Positions 8,873 through 17,937 of a stretch of DNA of 32,838 bases are shown one piece after another. The stretch's first letter is position 1. Each line of letters begins with the position of its first letter. The position numbers and the translations under genes were made by a program. Below the pieces are notes generated by a model that saw only the letters and a list, made by a program, of their open reading frames with translations, was not told the origin of the DNA and searched no databases. The DNA is from Bacteroidales bacterium (lineage in GTDB: Bacteria > Bacteroidota > Bacteroidia > Bacteroidales > UBA4181), in the NCBI GenBank assembly GCA_031287245.1, contig JAITTD010000172.1:1-32838 (forward strand). Direction: 5' to 3'.

Positions 8873-10148
8873 CACAGTAGGAAACGATGGGAATCACCAT
8901 ACCCGGCGCCACCGCCTTCGCCCACGATGCATCAGCAATCAGACCAATGAGCGGGGTGAGAACGGCTCCACCCACCAAACTCATAATGAGTGCCGAAGCG
9001 CCCAGTTTAGCGTTGGGTCCCAGCCCTCTTATGCCCGAGGCAAAATTGGTGGGGTACATCAGTGACATAAAGAAAGTGGTAGCCATCATAGCGCAAATGC
9101 CAATCCAGTAGGTGATGTCGTGCAGTCCTGTCCACGAAGCCCACTTGGAACCGAGTATGCAAAGCGTCATCAATCCGACATTGATGAGCGCATAAGTGCC
9201 CATCATCTTTGTGGGTTTAAACCATTTCATCAGGTAAGTGGAGAAGAAACGTCCGAACATGAAAACAAGCATATTCACAATGAGCAGTCCTCCGGCTTGT
9301 TTTTCGGTCATCGGACTGTTTTCCTGTACGTAAGTAATCAAATAACTCCACGTGCCAAGTTGAGCGCCGAGATAGAAAAACTGCGAAATGATGGCGCCGT
9401 ACCAGTGCGGATACTTGATGAGCGTTTTGAAACTGCCCTTGCTTCCGTCGGTGCTGTCTGTTTTGGCAATTTTGGGGAATTTGGCTCGCCATATCAAAAA
9501 CGCGACTACCAATACTGCAATGCCTATCAGGATATAGGTAGGCCACACGCGGCTGTTTTCGGTTTGAAGAAAATCGGTATAAGCGTTGCCCGTGGCGGTC
9601 ACCTGCGATTTTAATTCTGCAATCTGGTCGGCAGTAGGCTCGTTGCCCGAAAAGATAAAGAGTGTTCCCAAGGTAACGCCGGTAATGCCGCCGATAGGAT
9701 TAAACGATTGCGCCAGATTCAGCCGTCGCGCCGAAGTGGCAGGATCGCCGAGATAGGTGATATAACTGTTGGCGCCGAGTTCGAGAAAGGAAAGACCACT
9801 GCCGATGACAAATATCCCGCTGAGGAAAACAAAGTAAATACCGGAGTTGGCAGCGGGAAAAAACAGAAAACAACCGGCTGCAAAAACAATCAAGCCCGTG
9901 AGAATACCGTTTTTATAGCCGAAACGCTGCATGAACAGACCAGCAGGGATCGCCAAACAGAAGTATCCCAACTTGATGGCAGTTTGTATCAATCCGGCTT
10001 GAAAGCGCGACAATTCCAGCGATTTTTGAAACTGCTTTATCAATACGTCATTCAGTACATTCGGCAATGCCCATAAGAAAAACAGAGCCGTTATCAACAC
10101 AAAGGTGAAAACATAGCCGGAGGCTATTAATTTGGGGCGATTATTCAT
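8817..10148 (-). CDS. MFS sugar transporter, FucP / glucose-galactose permease subfamily
   Basis: Multi-TM hydrophobic profile. The N-terminal FLWALPNVLNDVLIKQFQKSLELSRFQAGLIQTA is characteristic of L-fucose:H+ symporter-type permeases. ATG verified at 10148. Confidence 0.85.
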   Translation of the reverse strand: MNNRPKLIASGYVFTFVLITALFFLWALPNVLNDVLIKQFQKSLELSRFQAGLIQTAIKLGYFCLAIPAGLFMQRFGYKNGILTGLIVFAAGCFLFFPAANSGIYFVFLSGIFVIGSGLSFLELGANSYITYLGDPATSARRLNLAQSFNPIGGITGVTLGTLFIFSGNEPTADQIAELKSQVTATGNAYTDFLQTENSRVWPTYILIGIAVLVVAFLIWRAKFPKIAKTDSTDGSKGSFKTLIKYPHWYGAIISQFFYLGAQLGTWSYLITYVQENSPMTEKQAGGLLIVNMLVFMFGRFFSTYLMKWFKPTKMMGTYALINVGLMTLCILGSKWASWTGLHDITYWIGICAMMATTFFMSLMYPTNFASGIRGLGPNAKLGASALIMSLVGGAVLTPLIGLIADASWAKAVAPGMVIPIVSYCVIAWYGFYGSRPRGPVFE

Positions 10149-10156
10149 TTTAAATT

Positions 10157-10178
10157 AAAAATTACGAATTATAAATTA
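10157..10178. repeat. Left arm of a 22-bp inverted repeat (AAAAATTACGAATTATAAATTA)
   Basis: Matches the reverse complement of 11384-11405 at 20 of 22 positions, including the TTACGAATT core. Confidence 0.6.
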
Positions 10179-10208
10179 TGAATTATGTAAATCATTAATA
10201 ATTAAACA

Positions 10209-11330
10209 TTAACAATTAATCATTACTCTTCCGTCCATGTCCTTCCTGTTTTCCGGCAGCAGCGGGAATTTCACTGGTGCATTGTCACGGGTGGAGCGAT
10301 AAATGGCGGTAAAGAGTTCCACCGTGCGACGGGCAAATTCACCGGTTACCAGTGGTTTTCTGTTTTCTGCAAGCGCTTGCAGAAAATCTTCAATCTGCCG
10401 TTCCATATAATAGATGGTAGGATCAATTTTATTGAAAAGTTCACTGTCTTCTTTCACCCATCCTTCCAGCAGTGATTCTTCGCCGGGTATCGTCCAGAGA
10501 TCATTCACAGGCGGTTCGAGCACCGACGACATACCGGCAATGAACATAGCGCCACCATCGGTTTGCACGCCCAGCGAGGCGCCGTTGGAACCGTGCACCT
10601 GCACTTTCCCGTAGATACCCGGTTTTTCGGAATTGCTGACAATGATGTTGCCAATGCCGCCGTTTTTAAACTTGACAATAGCCACTGCGGTGTCTTCCAC
10701 TTCGATATAGGGGTGGTTGAGGTTCTTCCAAAGTCCATACACTTCGGCAATTTCGCCCATGTACCACAGCAGGATGTCCAATTGGTGGGGCGCCTGGTTG
10801 ACCAGCACTCCGCCACCTTCCATATCCCATGTGCCGCGCCACGCATCAGCATCGTAATAGTTTTTGTCGCGCCATCCCAGCATATTGATGGTGCCAAAAA
10901 TGGGCGTCCCAATTTTTCCGGCTTCAATGGCATTGTGAATACGCTGAACCGGCGCATAAAATCGGCGCTGGCTAACGACACCCAACTGAACGCCTGCCTC
11001 TTTGCAGGCAGCAATCATGGCATCGCTGTCTTCAAGCGTTGCAGCAAGCGGCTTCTCGACCAGTACATTCGCTCCGGCGCGTGCTGCTTCGATGGTCACT
11101 TCCCTGTGGAAAGGGTGAGGGGTGCAAACGATGACCAAATCAACACCATTTTCGCGAACCATTGCAGTAAGATCGCTATACGGTTTGACGCTGTATGTGT
11201 CTGCAAATTTTTTGGCGGTATCCGGTGTACGGCTCCAAACGGCAACAAGTTTTGCATTTTGCAGATTGCCAATGGCTTTGGCATGAAGATGCGCTACTTT
11301 TCCGCATCCGATAATTGCTATTTTATACAT
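10209..11330 (-). CDS. Gfo/Idh/MocA-family oxidoreductase, cytoplasmic type
   Basis: MYKIAIIGCGKVAHLHAKA Rossmann start with no signal peptide, and the VEKPLA motif. Confidence 0.85.
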   Translation of the reverse strand: MYKIAIIGCGKVAHLHAKAIGNLQNAKLVAVWSRTPDTAKKFADTYSVKPYSDLTAMVRENGVDLVIVCTPHPFHREVTIEAARAGANVLVEKPLAATLEDSDAMIAACKEAGVQLGVVSQRRFYAPVQRIHNAIEAGKIGTPIFGTINMLGWRDKNYYDADAWRGTWDMEGGGVLVNQAPHQLDILLWYMGEIAEVYGLWKNLNHPYIEVEDTAVAIVKFKNGGIGNIIVSNSEKPGIYGKVQVHGSNGASLGVQTDGGAMFIAGMSSVLEPPVNDLWTIPGEESLLEGWVKEDSELFNKIDPTIYYMERQIEDFLQALAENRKPLVTGEFARRTVELFTAIYRSTRDNAPVKFPLLPENRKDMDGRVMINC

Positions 11331-11383
11331 TGTTCTATTTATTTAAAATTTTGAGTGAAAGTTGCACAAGTTTGCATCCACCG

Positions 11384-11405
11384 TAATTTTTAATTCGTAA
11401 TTATT
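11384..11405. repeat. Right arm of the 22-bp inverted repeat
   Basis: TAATTTTTAATTCGTAATTATT. Its reverse complement AATAATTACGAATTAAAAATTA matches 10157-10178 at 20 of 22 positions. It abuts/overlaps the first stop-codon base of the Zn-ADH gene (11405). Confidence 0.6.
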
Positions 11406-12436
11406 TAGGGAACCAGCACTACTTTATTGAGATTGCCTTCTTTGTTGTACAATTTGCGGAACCATTCGGCGCCTTCGCTCAACGGTGCAACTGCCGACAA
11501 CATTTTTTCTACTTTCAGGGCGCCACTTGCCATCATATCAAGCACAATCTCGTATTCGCCGCTGATAGCGCAACTTCCTTGCAGTTTGATTTCGGAAGTG
11601 ACCACCTTTTGCAGGGGAAAGTCAATCTTGGCGGAAACATTGCCCACCAGCACTCCGGTAGCACCTCTGCGAAGTGTGTCAATCATTGTATTGACGGTTG
11701 CTCCAATACCGACCGCTTCGAATCCGAAGTCGGCACCGCGGTCTTTCGTATGAGCGCGTACCACGTCAGCCACCTGTTCTTTCGTAGAATTGACAATGAG
11801 GTCGGCGCCGAAGTCCACAGCCACTTTCAACTTTGCATCGTCCACGTCCACCGCTATCACCGGCGTGGCGCCCGATGCTTTCAGCATACTGACGATGAAA
11901 GCGCCAATCATGCCGCTGCCTACCACTACTGCGCTGTTACCTGCCTTGATGCCCGAAAGTTGCACAGCGTGAGCCGCCACAGCAGCAGGCTCTACCATTG
12001 CCGCCTGTTCAAAACTGACGTTGGCAGGTATTTTGTACAGAATATGCTGCGGAACAGTAAGATATTCCGCAAAAGCGCCATGACGCTTGTACTCAACAGG
12101 CGACACACCGACCACCTGCCGTCCGTCGCTCAGATTGTAGTGTCCTTTGAGGGTGTACCAGTCATTGAGCGGATACACCGTCGAATCGAAAGTGACACGG
12201 TCGCCTGCTTTCCACGAGGTGACGCCTTCGCCTGTTTTAACGATCTCGCCGGATGCTTCATGTCCCATAATGATGGGTGGTTGCCGGCGTCCGGTGCTAC
12301 CGTCCATTCCGTGAACATCGCTACCGCATATTCCGCAGGCTTTCACTTTGATAAGGACTTCGCCCGCTGATAATACCGGTTCCGGCATGTCCTTGTAAAC
12401 TAATTTGTTGTACTCTTCTAAAACTAATGCTTTCAT
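11405..12436 (-). CDS. Zinc-dependent medium-chain alcohol/polyol dehydrogenase (sorbitol/threonine-DH-like)
   Basis: Zinc-ligand motifs GICGSDVHG and GHEASGEIV, and the NAD-binding glycine motif VVGSGMIGAF. Confidence 0.85.
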   Translation of the reverse strand: MKALVLEEYNKLVYKDMPEPVLSAGEVLIKVKACGICGSDVHGMDGSTGRRQPPIIMGHEASGEIVKTGEGVTSWKAGDRVTFDSTVYPLNDWYTLKGHYNLSDGRQVVGVSPVEYKRHGAFAEYLTVPQHILYKIPANVSFEQAAMVEPAAVAAHAVQLSGIKAGNSAVVVGSGMIGAFIVSMLKASGATPVIAVDVDDAKLKVAVDFGADLIVNSTKEQVADVVRAHTKDRGADFGFEAVGIGATVNTMIDTLRRGATGVLVGNVSAKIDFPLQKVVTSEIKLQGSCAISGEYEIVLDMMASGALKVEKMLSAVAPLSEGAEWFRKLYNKEGNLNKVVLVP

Positions 12437-12462
12437 TTATTTGGATTTATTTTATGATTCAA

Positions 12463-15267
12463 TCAATCAGGTAATTTCACATTGAAACTGTGTTTTCCCG
12501 AACCCACCTCGTGTATTTTATTGTCAGGCGTTACAATCGTGGCGGTTGTGTTAGCAGGGATTTCCACATCCAAGGCAAAGGCGCCGTTTTCAAGTCTCCA
12601 TGAGGAAACAATTTCTCCTCGAATGGAATTGTACGAACCTTTTGCCCATGTGAGCGTGCCGCCCGGACGGGGATGAATCGTAAAATGTTCGTAGCCGGGG
12701 TGGTTGATGTCCGGGTTGATGCCGAGAATATGGCGATACATCCATTCAATTACCGAACCGAAGGCTACGTGGTCAAACGAATCCATTGTGGAGCCTTGTG
12801 TTCCGCGACCGTCCACATAAGCATCCCAACGTTCCCAAACGGTGGTAGCGCCTTGTTTTATCGGATAAAGCCATGATGGTAAACGCTCCGATTCAAGCAA
12901 GCGATAAGCAATATCGGTGCGACCGAATTTCACCAATTCTTCCATCATCATCGGTGTTGAAATAAAGCCGGTAGAGAGCCGGTAATCATAATCTTCGATA
13001 CATTTAACAAGATGATTGAACGCTTTTTCGCGGAGATTTTCCGGTACCAGCCCGTAGTGGAGCGCCAAAGAATAAGTGCCTTGCGTATTGCCTTCTATCG
13101 TTCCGTCTTCTTGGATGTAATTGCGCACAAATACGTCTTTGATTTTATTTGCCAATTCGCCATAATGTGCGGCATCGTCCTTGTTGCCAAGCATAGCAGC
13201 GATTTCGGACAGCAAACGGGTGGAATATGCGAAAAAAGCGGTGCAAAAAACATCATCGGGCGTACTGCCGTGTTGGGTGTCGTAATCGTATTCGGGTGGA
13301 ATGGTAAGCGTATTTGCATTGAGCCAGTCGCCATTGTGATTGTGGCGCACTTTCCAGATTAAATCGGGGTTTTCCTTCCATGTGGCGTCAATATGTAATT
13401 TCATACCCTTGTATAATAACTGCAACGAACGGGTATCGGCATAATTTTCATACAGTCGCCAGGGGATAATCAATCCGGCTTCCGCCCATCCGGGTGCTCC
13501 CACCCATCCGGTCCATATATCTTCGCGATAGAGCGATGGTATCATCGAAAAAAACTGCCCGTTGTAAGCGTTTTCATTCATATCGCGGGTATATTTGGTG
13601 TAAAAGGCTGCCATATTCATATTGAAAATGCTGCTTTGGCAGAAAATCTGCACATCGCCGGTTGCTCCGGTGCGTTCATCGCGCGAAGGATTGTCGTGCA
13701 ATACGCTGAACATATTGTTGTGTTGCGTCCAAGCCACATTTTTGTACAATTGATTGAGTTGAGGGTTGGAACATTCAAACGCCCCCACCGTTTCAGCAGC
13801 AGATGAAACCGCTTTTGCCGTAATCATATCGGCGGTGGGCGCCTTGTCCAAGCCGGAAATTTCAACATATTGAAAACCGTGATAAGTAAACGACGGATCG
13901 AAATAATCGTCGCCACCGGACAGAATGAAGGTATCGGTTGCTTTGGCATGACCAAGCGCTGCGGTATAAAGTTCTCCCTCGTTCGAGAGCCATTCGCCGT
14001 GGCGCAAAGTAATTATATTGCCTGCTTTTCCCTTGATTTTCAAAGCGCAATGACCGGCAATGTTTTGTCCGAAATCAACAATGTATTTATCTTTCAATGT
14101 GCTGATTTTCACCGGTTTTAATTCCTGATGCACCTGTATCGGTTCGTTTTTTTGGGCAACAAGGTTTCGTTTCACGTTCTTATCTTCGTAAACATTCGCC
14201 CAAGCCGAATCGTCAAAACCGGGCTTATCCCATCCGGGTATGATTTTCCGCGCATCAATGGTTTCTCCTGCAAAATTGTCTGCCATACGGATATAGCCAT
14301 CGGTATTGATTTTCCATGAGCCGTCGGTAGCCGTAATTTGGCGGGAACCATCGGTATATTCCACCACTAATTGGGCTATCAATCGGCGGTCTGAAGCATA
14401 AAACCCGCGATGCGGAAAACTGACCATCCATTTGATTCCGCCCAATCGTCCCAAACACCAGCCATCGGCAAGGGTGGCTGCCAATACATTCTCGCCCTGT
14501 TGGAGTTGACCGGTCAGGTCGAAAGTCTGGTATTGCACTTCACGGAAATAATTTGTCCATTCCGGTGCCTGCAACTGGTCGCCGATGCGCTGCCCGTTGA
14601 GCCACATTTCGTAATAACCGAGCGCCGATACATACAGGAACGCCTGTTTTACGGGATTCGAGGTATTGAACGTTTTACGCAGCAGGGGCGAATGGGTATA
14701 AGGAGGATTTTCCCATTTTTTTCTGTCAAAATCCGGTTTTTTATTATTGTTTTGAACGTAGGAATTGTATTCCTGCAAGGCTTTGTCGGGCTGGTCGCCA
14801 ATCCATTGGGCTTGCCAATCGGCGGCTTGCAGGATGCCCGTTCCCCAACGGGCTGGCTGGCTCCAAGCCGTTACTTCGCCGTGGTTGTTCCATATTCTGA
14901 CCTTCCACCAGCATTGTTGCATACTTTGCAAGTTTTTTCCGTTGTAAACCGTCTGAATGGATTGGTTGGATTTTGTCTTTCCGCTATCCCAAAGGTCGCC
15001 TTCATCCGCCGCCAATTTTTCGGGCGTTGAAGCCACAAGAATATGATAAGCCGTTTGCAACTGGTTGCTGTGTGCATCCTTTCCTGCTTTTATTTTCCAT
15101 GCCAAACGGGGTTGAATCACATCCATGCTCAACGGATTGACCAAATATTCGCAAGTCAGGTCTTCCACCACAACATTTGTAGTAGTTTTGACACTGCATG
15201 AAACGCATAGCGCTAATACACCGCCAAAAAGCACTAAACATATTCTTAAAAACTGTATTGATTTCAA
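12463..15267 (-). CDS. GH78 alpha-L-rhamnosidase, lipoprotein-type signal
   Basis: CEYLVNPLSMDVIQPRLAWKI is the typical N-terminal motif of bacterial rhamnosidases, and the length is about 930 aa. The start codon at 15267 is TTG. The in-frame upstream stop is at 15286-15288 with no ATG in between. The signal peptide is KSIQFLRICLVLFGGVLALCVSC. Confidence 0.8.
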   Translation of the reverse strand: MKSIQFLRICLVLFGGVLALCVSCSVKTTTNVVVEDLTCEYLVNPLSMDVIQPRLAWKIKAGKDAHSNQLQTAYHILVASTPEKLAADEGDLWDSGKTKSNQSIQTVYNGKNLQSMQQCWWKVRIWNNHGEVTAWSQPARWGTGILQAADWQAQWIGDQPDKALQEYNSYVQNNNKKPDFDRKKWENPPYTHSPLLRKTFNTSNPVKQAFLYVSALGYYEMWLNGQRIGDQLQAPEWTNYFREVQYQTFDLTGQLQQGENVLAATLADGWCLGRLGGIKWMVSFPHRGFYASDRRLIAQLVVEYTDGSRQITATDGSWKINTDGYIRMADNFAGETIDARKIIPGWDKPGFDDSAWANVYEDKNVKRNLVAQKNEPIQVHQELKPVKISTLKDKYIVDFGQNIAGHCALKIKGKAGNIITLRHGEWLSNEGELYTAALGHAKATDTFILSGGDDYFDPSFTYHGFQYVEISGLDKAPTADMITAKAVSSAAETVGAFECSNPQLNQLYKNVAWTQHNNMFSVLHDNPSRDERTGATGDVQIFCQSSIFNMNMAAFYTKYTRDMNENAYNGQFFSMIPSLYREDIWTGWVGAPGWAEAGLIIPWRLYENYADTRSLQLLYKGMKLHIDATWKENPDLIWKVRHNHNGDWLNANTLTIPPEYDYDTQHGSTPDDVFCTAFFAYSTRLLSEIAAMLGNKDDAAHYGELANKIKDVFVRNYIQEDGTIEGNTQGTYSLALHYGLVPENLREKAFNHLVKCIEDYDYRLSTGFISTPMMMEELVKFGRTDIAYRLLESERLPSWLYPIKQGATTVWERWDAYVDGRGTQGSTMDSFDHVAFGSVIEWMYRHILGINPDINHPGYEHFTIHPRPGGTLTWAKGSYNSIRGEIVSSWRLENGAFALDVEIPANTTATIVTPDNKIHEVGSGKHSFNVKLPD

Positions 15268-15278
15268 TATTGAATTAA

Positions 15279-16538
15279 TTATTGATTAAATTTATAACCA
15301 TCTCTATAAGAGAGAGTATCTAATGCTACAGCTTTTTCATTCCCTGTGATAGCGCCGGATACCGGATCCAAATTGATTATTTTCTTTCCTGCCCGGTAGG
15401 ACAAATTTGCCAAATTTATCATCGAGGCGCTCAGCACACCCTGATGAATAGGAGCATTGGGCGTTTTCCGCGAACGGATGCAATCAATGAAATTGCGATG
15501 ATGCGCGTCATCTGGGAAGAATCCGGTTTTTTCAGACAGAACTTTCCAGTCCGGTCCGCCATAAACCTGCCATCCACCGCCGTGACGTCCCAAATACATC
15601 AAACCTTTGGTTCCGTATATCTCAATACGTGTGCAATTGGAACTCCATTCGGGAAATTTTTCACTGAAACGCACTTCCTGAGGTGTTTTGTACAGATAAT
15701 TCCCGTATTGGGAAGATTCGAGCGTAATGGCGTATTTGCCCATATCAAATACGACTGTTTGATTGTCGGGTATTTCACGTTTATCGTCAAAAATGACCCT
15801 GCCACCGCCACAATAAACGGACTGCGGCAAATCCGGATCGCTCAAAGCCATACGCGCCAAGTCAATTACGTGCGAGGCATCGCCTGCCATGTGAATACCG
15901 CCAGAATATGCCCACCAGTCAGCCCATGCTTTATGGCGCGACACATTATAGGGTACCGCTTCGGTATGTCCCAACCATTTGTCCCAATCCAAGCCTTCGG
16001 GTGTCGGGCTGTCCGGTTTCATAATCCATTCGCGGGTTCCCGGTAGCATACAATATGCTTTCACGGTGACGATAGCCCCCAATTCGCCCGAAGCGATATA
16101 TTCTTTGGCTGCAAACGCATAATCGGCGCTGCGATTTTGGGTGCCACACTGTACAATTCGCTTGTACCGTGTGGCAGCCTCTATCATCCTGCGCCCTTCG
16201 TCTTGCGAAAGGCATACATTTTTCTCGACATACACGTCCTTGCCTGCTTCACAAGCCCATACCATTGCCAAAGCGTGCCAATGTTCGGGGGTGGTGATCA
16301 CCACCGCATCCACATCTTTGTCTTCAAAGACGGTTCGCATATCAGACACTCGCTTCGGTTCGTAGCCTTGCAACTTGCCCAATTCCTGTATGACATTTCC
16401 TCCGCGCTCGGCATCCACATCACACACATATTTCACTTCCACATTGGGAGCGTTTTGTTTGATGCTCTGAATGACCTGTGTGCCACGACCTCCTGCGCCT
16501 ATCAACGAAAGAACAACTTTGTCATTTGCTCCTTTCAT
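15279..16538 (-). CDS. Gfo/Idh/MocA-family oxidoreductase, paralog of the upstream gene but lacking any signal peptide
   Basis: Starts MKGANDKVVLSLIGAGGRG. This aligns with residues ~29-48 (CKGANDKIVLALVGCGGRG) of the TAT-bearing neighbour. The ATG at 16538 lies 2 nt after the upstream stop (TAA-CC-ATG). Confidence 0.85.
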   Translation of the reverse strand: MKGANDKVVLSLIGAGGRGTQVIQSIKQNAPNVEVKYVCDVDAERGGNVIQELGKLQGYEPKRVSDMRTVFEDKDVDAVVITTPEHWHALAMVWACEAGKDVYVEKNVCLSQDEGRRMIEAATRYKRIVQCGTQNRSADYAFAAKEYIASGELGAIVTVKAYCMLPGTREWIMKPDSPTPEGLDWDKWLGHTEAVPYNVSRHKAWADWWAYSGGIHMAGDASHVIDLARMALSDPDLPQSVYCGGGRVIFDDKREIPDNQTVVFDMGKYAITLESSQYGNYLYKTPQEVRFSEKFPEWSSNCTRIEIYGTKGLMYLGRHGGGWQVYGGPDWKVLSEKTGFFPDDAHHRNFIDCIRSRKTPNAPIHQGVLSASMINLANLSYRAGKKIINLDPVSGAITGNEKAVALDTLSYRDGYKFNQ

Positions 16539-16540
16539 GG

Positions 16541-17896
16541 TTACACGTTTTCAGGAATTTCGTAGCCTTTCCGGTAAGCGCCTCTTGCAATGACATTTGC
16601 CTGGTCGTCATTGAGGAATTTTTCTGTTTCGCCATCAAAAAGAAGTTGTTTATTACCTGTCCGATATGCAATATTTCCAAGGTGTACAAGCGTTGCGCTG
16701 CGATGACATTCTTCCACATCCCCGTTCGGTTGTTTGCGGGTACGTAACGATTCGATAAAATTGAGTTGATGCTCATTGTCAGGGAAGACGCCGCCATCCT
16801 GTGCCACAATTTCATTGTTGGGTCCCAGTACCTGCCAGCCACCGCCATGACGTCCCAAATACATCAAACCTTCTGTTCCGTAAATCTCTGTACGGGTAGA
16901 ATTATTGCGCCAATTCGGGAAACGTGTTTTGTCGTTGCGAATATCTCCGGGCGTTTTGGTCATATAATTGGTGGCACAAGCGTTGTCGCAGGTCATGGTG
17001 AAAGTTCCGAAATCATAGACGATAGTTTGAAATTCAGGCGTTTCGCGTGTTCCTCCGAAAACATGGTTGCCACCCCAGCCGTAAACCGATTTTGGGTGTC
17101 CCGGGTCGCCGATGACTAAACGTGCAAAGTCCATCACGTGAGAGGCATCGTCTGCAAGCCCGCCGCCGCTGTACGCCCAATAACTGAGCCATCCGCCGCG
17201 ACCGTTTTCGTCAACGATACTGGGACTGAATCCACGCATGGGTGCCGGACCGAGCCATTTGTCCCAGTCAAGCCACGTTGGTACGGGCGTTTCGGGCGCT
17301 TCGTTCCATAATCCGCCTCCCAGCATATTATAACTCTTCACTGTAACAATCTTGCCCAATTTGCCGCTTTTGATATAATCGCGTGCCGAAAAACCGTAAG
17401 CGCCGCTTCGATTTTGGAATCCGACCTGCACGATACGTTTGTATTTCTTGGCGGCTTCCACCAATTTACGTCCCTCCCAGATATTAACGGTAGGATTTTT
17501 TTCTACATACACATCTTTGCCTGCCTGACAAGCCATGATAGCCGCCGGTGTGTGCCAGTGTTCCGGTGTTGCCACCCATACGGCATCCACTTCCTTGTCG
17601 TCGAAAATCGTTCTCATATCTCCGGTTTGGGAAGGGCTATAGCCGAGTTCCTTTTCTACGGAAGCCGCTGCTTTGGCGAGTTTTGTACTGTTAACGTCGC
17701 ATACGGTCTTGATGACAACGTTTTCGTTGATTTTGCAACAATTGATGCTTGTCCCCAAGCCGCGTCCACCGCAGCCTACCAGCGCCAGCACAATTTTATC
17801 GTTGGCTCCTTTACAGGACGATGCCAGCATCGAAGTACCCATTGCTATTCCCATCGTTCCCGCTACACTTGTTTTGATAAAGTCACGTCTGTACAT
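16541..17896 (-). CDS. Gfo/Idh/MocA-family oxidoreductase with TAT signal
   Basis: MYRRDFIKTSVAGTMGIAMGTSMLASSC is a twin-arginine signal. Also has the Rossmann motif IVLALVGCGGRG, the VEKNP motif, and the C-terminal LGNIAYRTGNK shared with the paralogs. Confidence 0.9.
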   Translation of the reverse strand: MYRRDFIKTSVAGTMGIAMGTSMLASSCKGANDKIVLALVGCGGRGLGTSINCCKINENVVIKTVCDVNSTKLAKAAASVEKELGYSPSQTGDMRTIFDDKEVDAVWVATPEHWHTPAAIMACQAGKDVYVEKNPTVNIWEGRKLVEAAKKYKRIVQVGFQNRSGAYGFSARDYIKSGKLGKIVTVKSYNMLGGGLWNEAPETPVPTWLDWDKWLGPAPMRGFSPSIVDENGRGGWLSYWAYSGGGLADDASHVMDFARLVIGDPGHPKSVYGWGGNHVFGGTRETPEFQTIVYDFGTFTMTCDNACATNYMTKTPGDIRNDKTRFPNWRNNSTRTEIYGTEGLMYLGRHGGGWQVLGPNNEIVAQDGGVFPDNEHQLNFIESLRTRKQPNGDVEECHRSATLVHLGNIAYRTGNKQLLFDGETEKFLNDDQANVIARGAYRKGYEIPENV

Positions 17897-17937
17897 AATT
17901 TTTATATTTAACAGGTTGATATTGAAGGTTTATTTAT

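Noticed and set aside
10563-12370. Long plus-strand ORFs of 263 aa each (10563..11354 and 11579..12370). Similar antisense ORFs occur at 2719..3444, 14410..15030, 15444..16046, 18865..19515, 22150..22788, 27888..28538, 28759..29619 and 31911..32528.
   Set aside because: Each lies entirely antisense to a CDS with clear family motifs. Their translations are Arg/His/Cys/Phe-rich and show no recognisable domain. They are shadow frames of the real genes.
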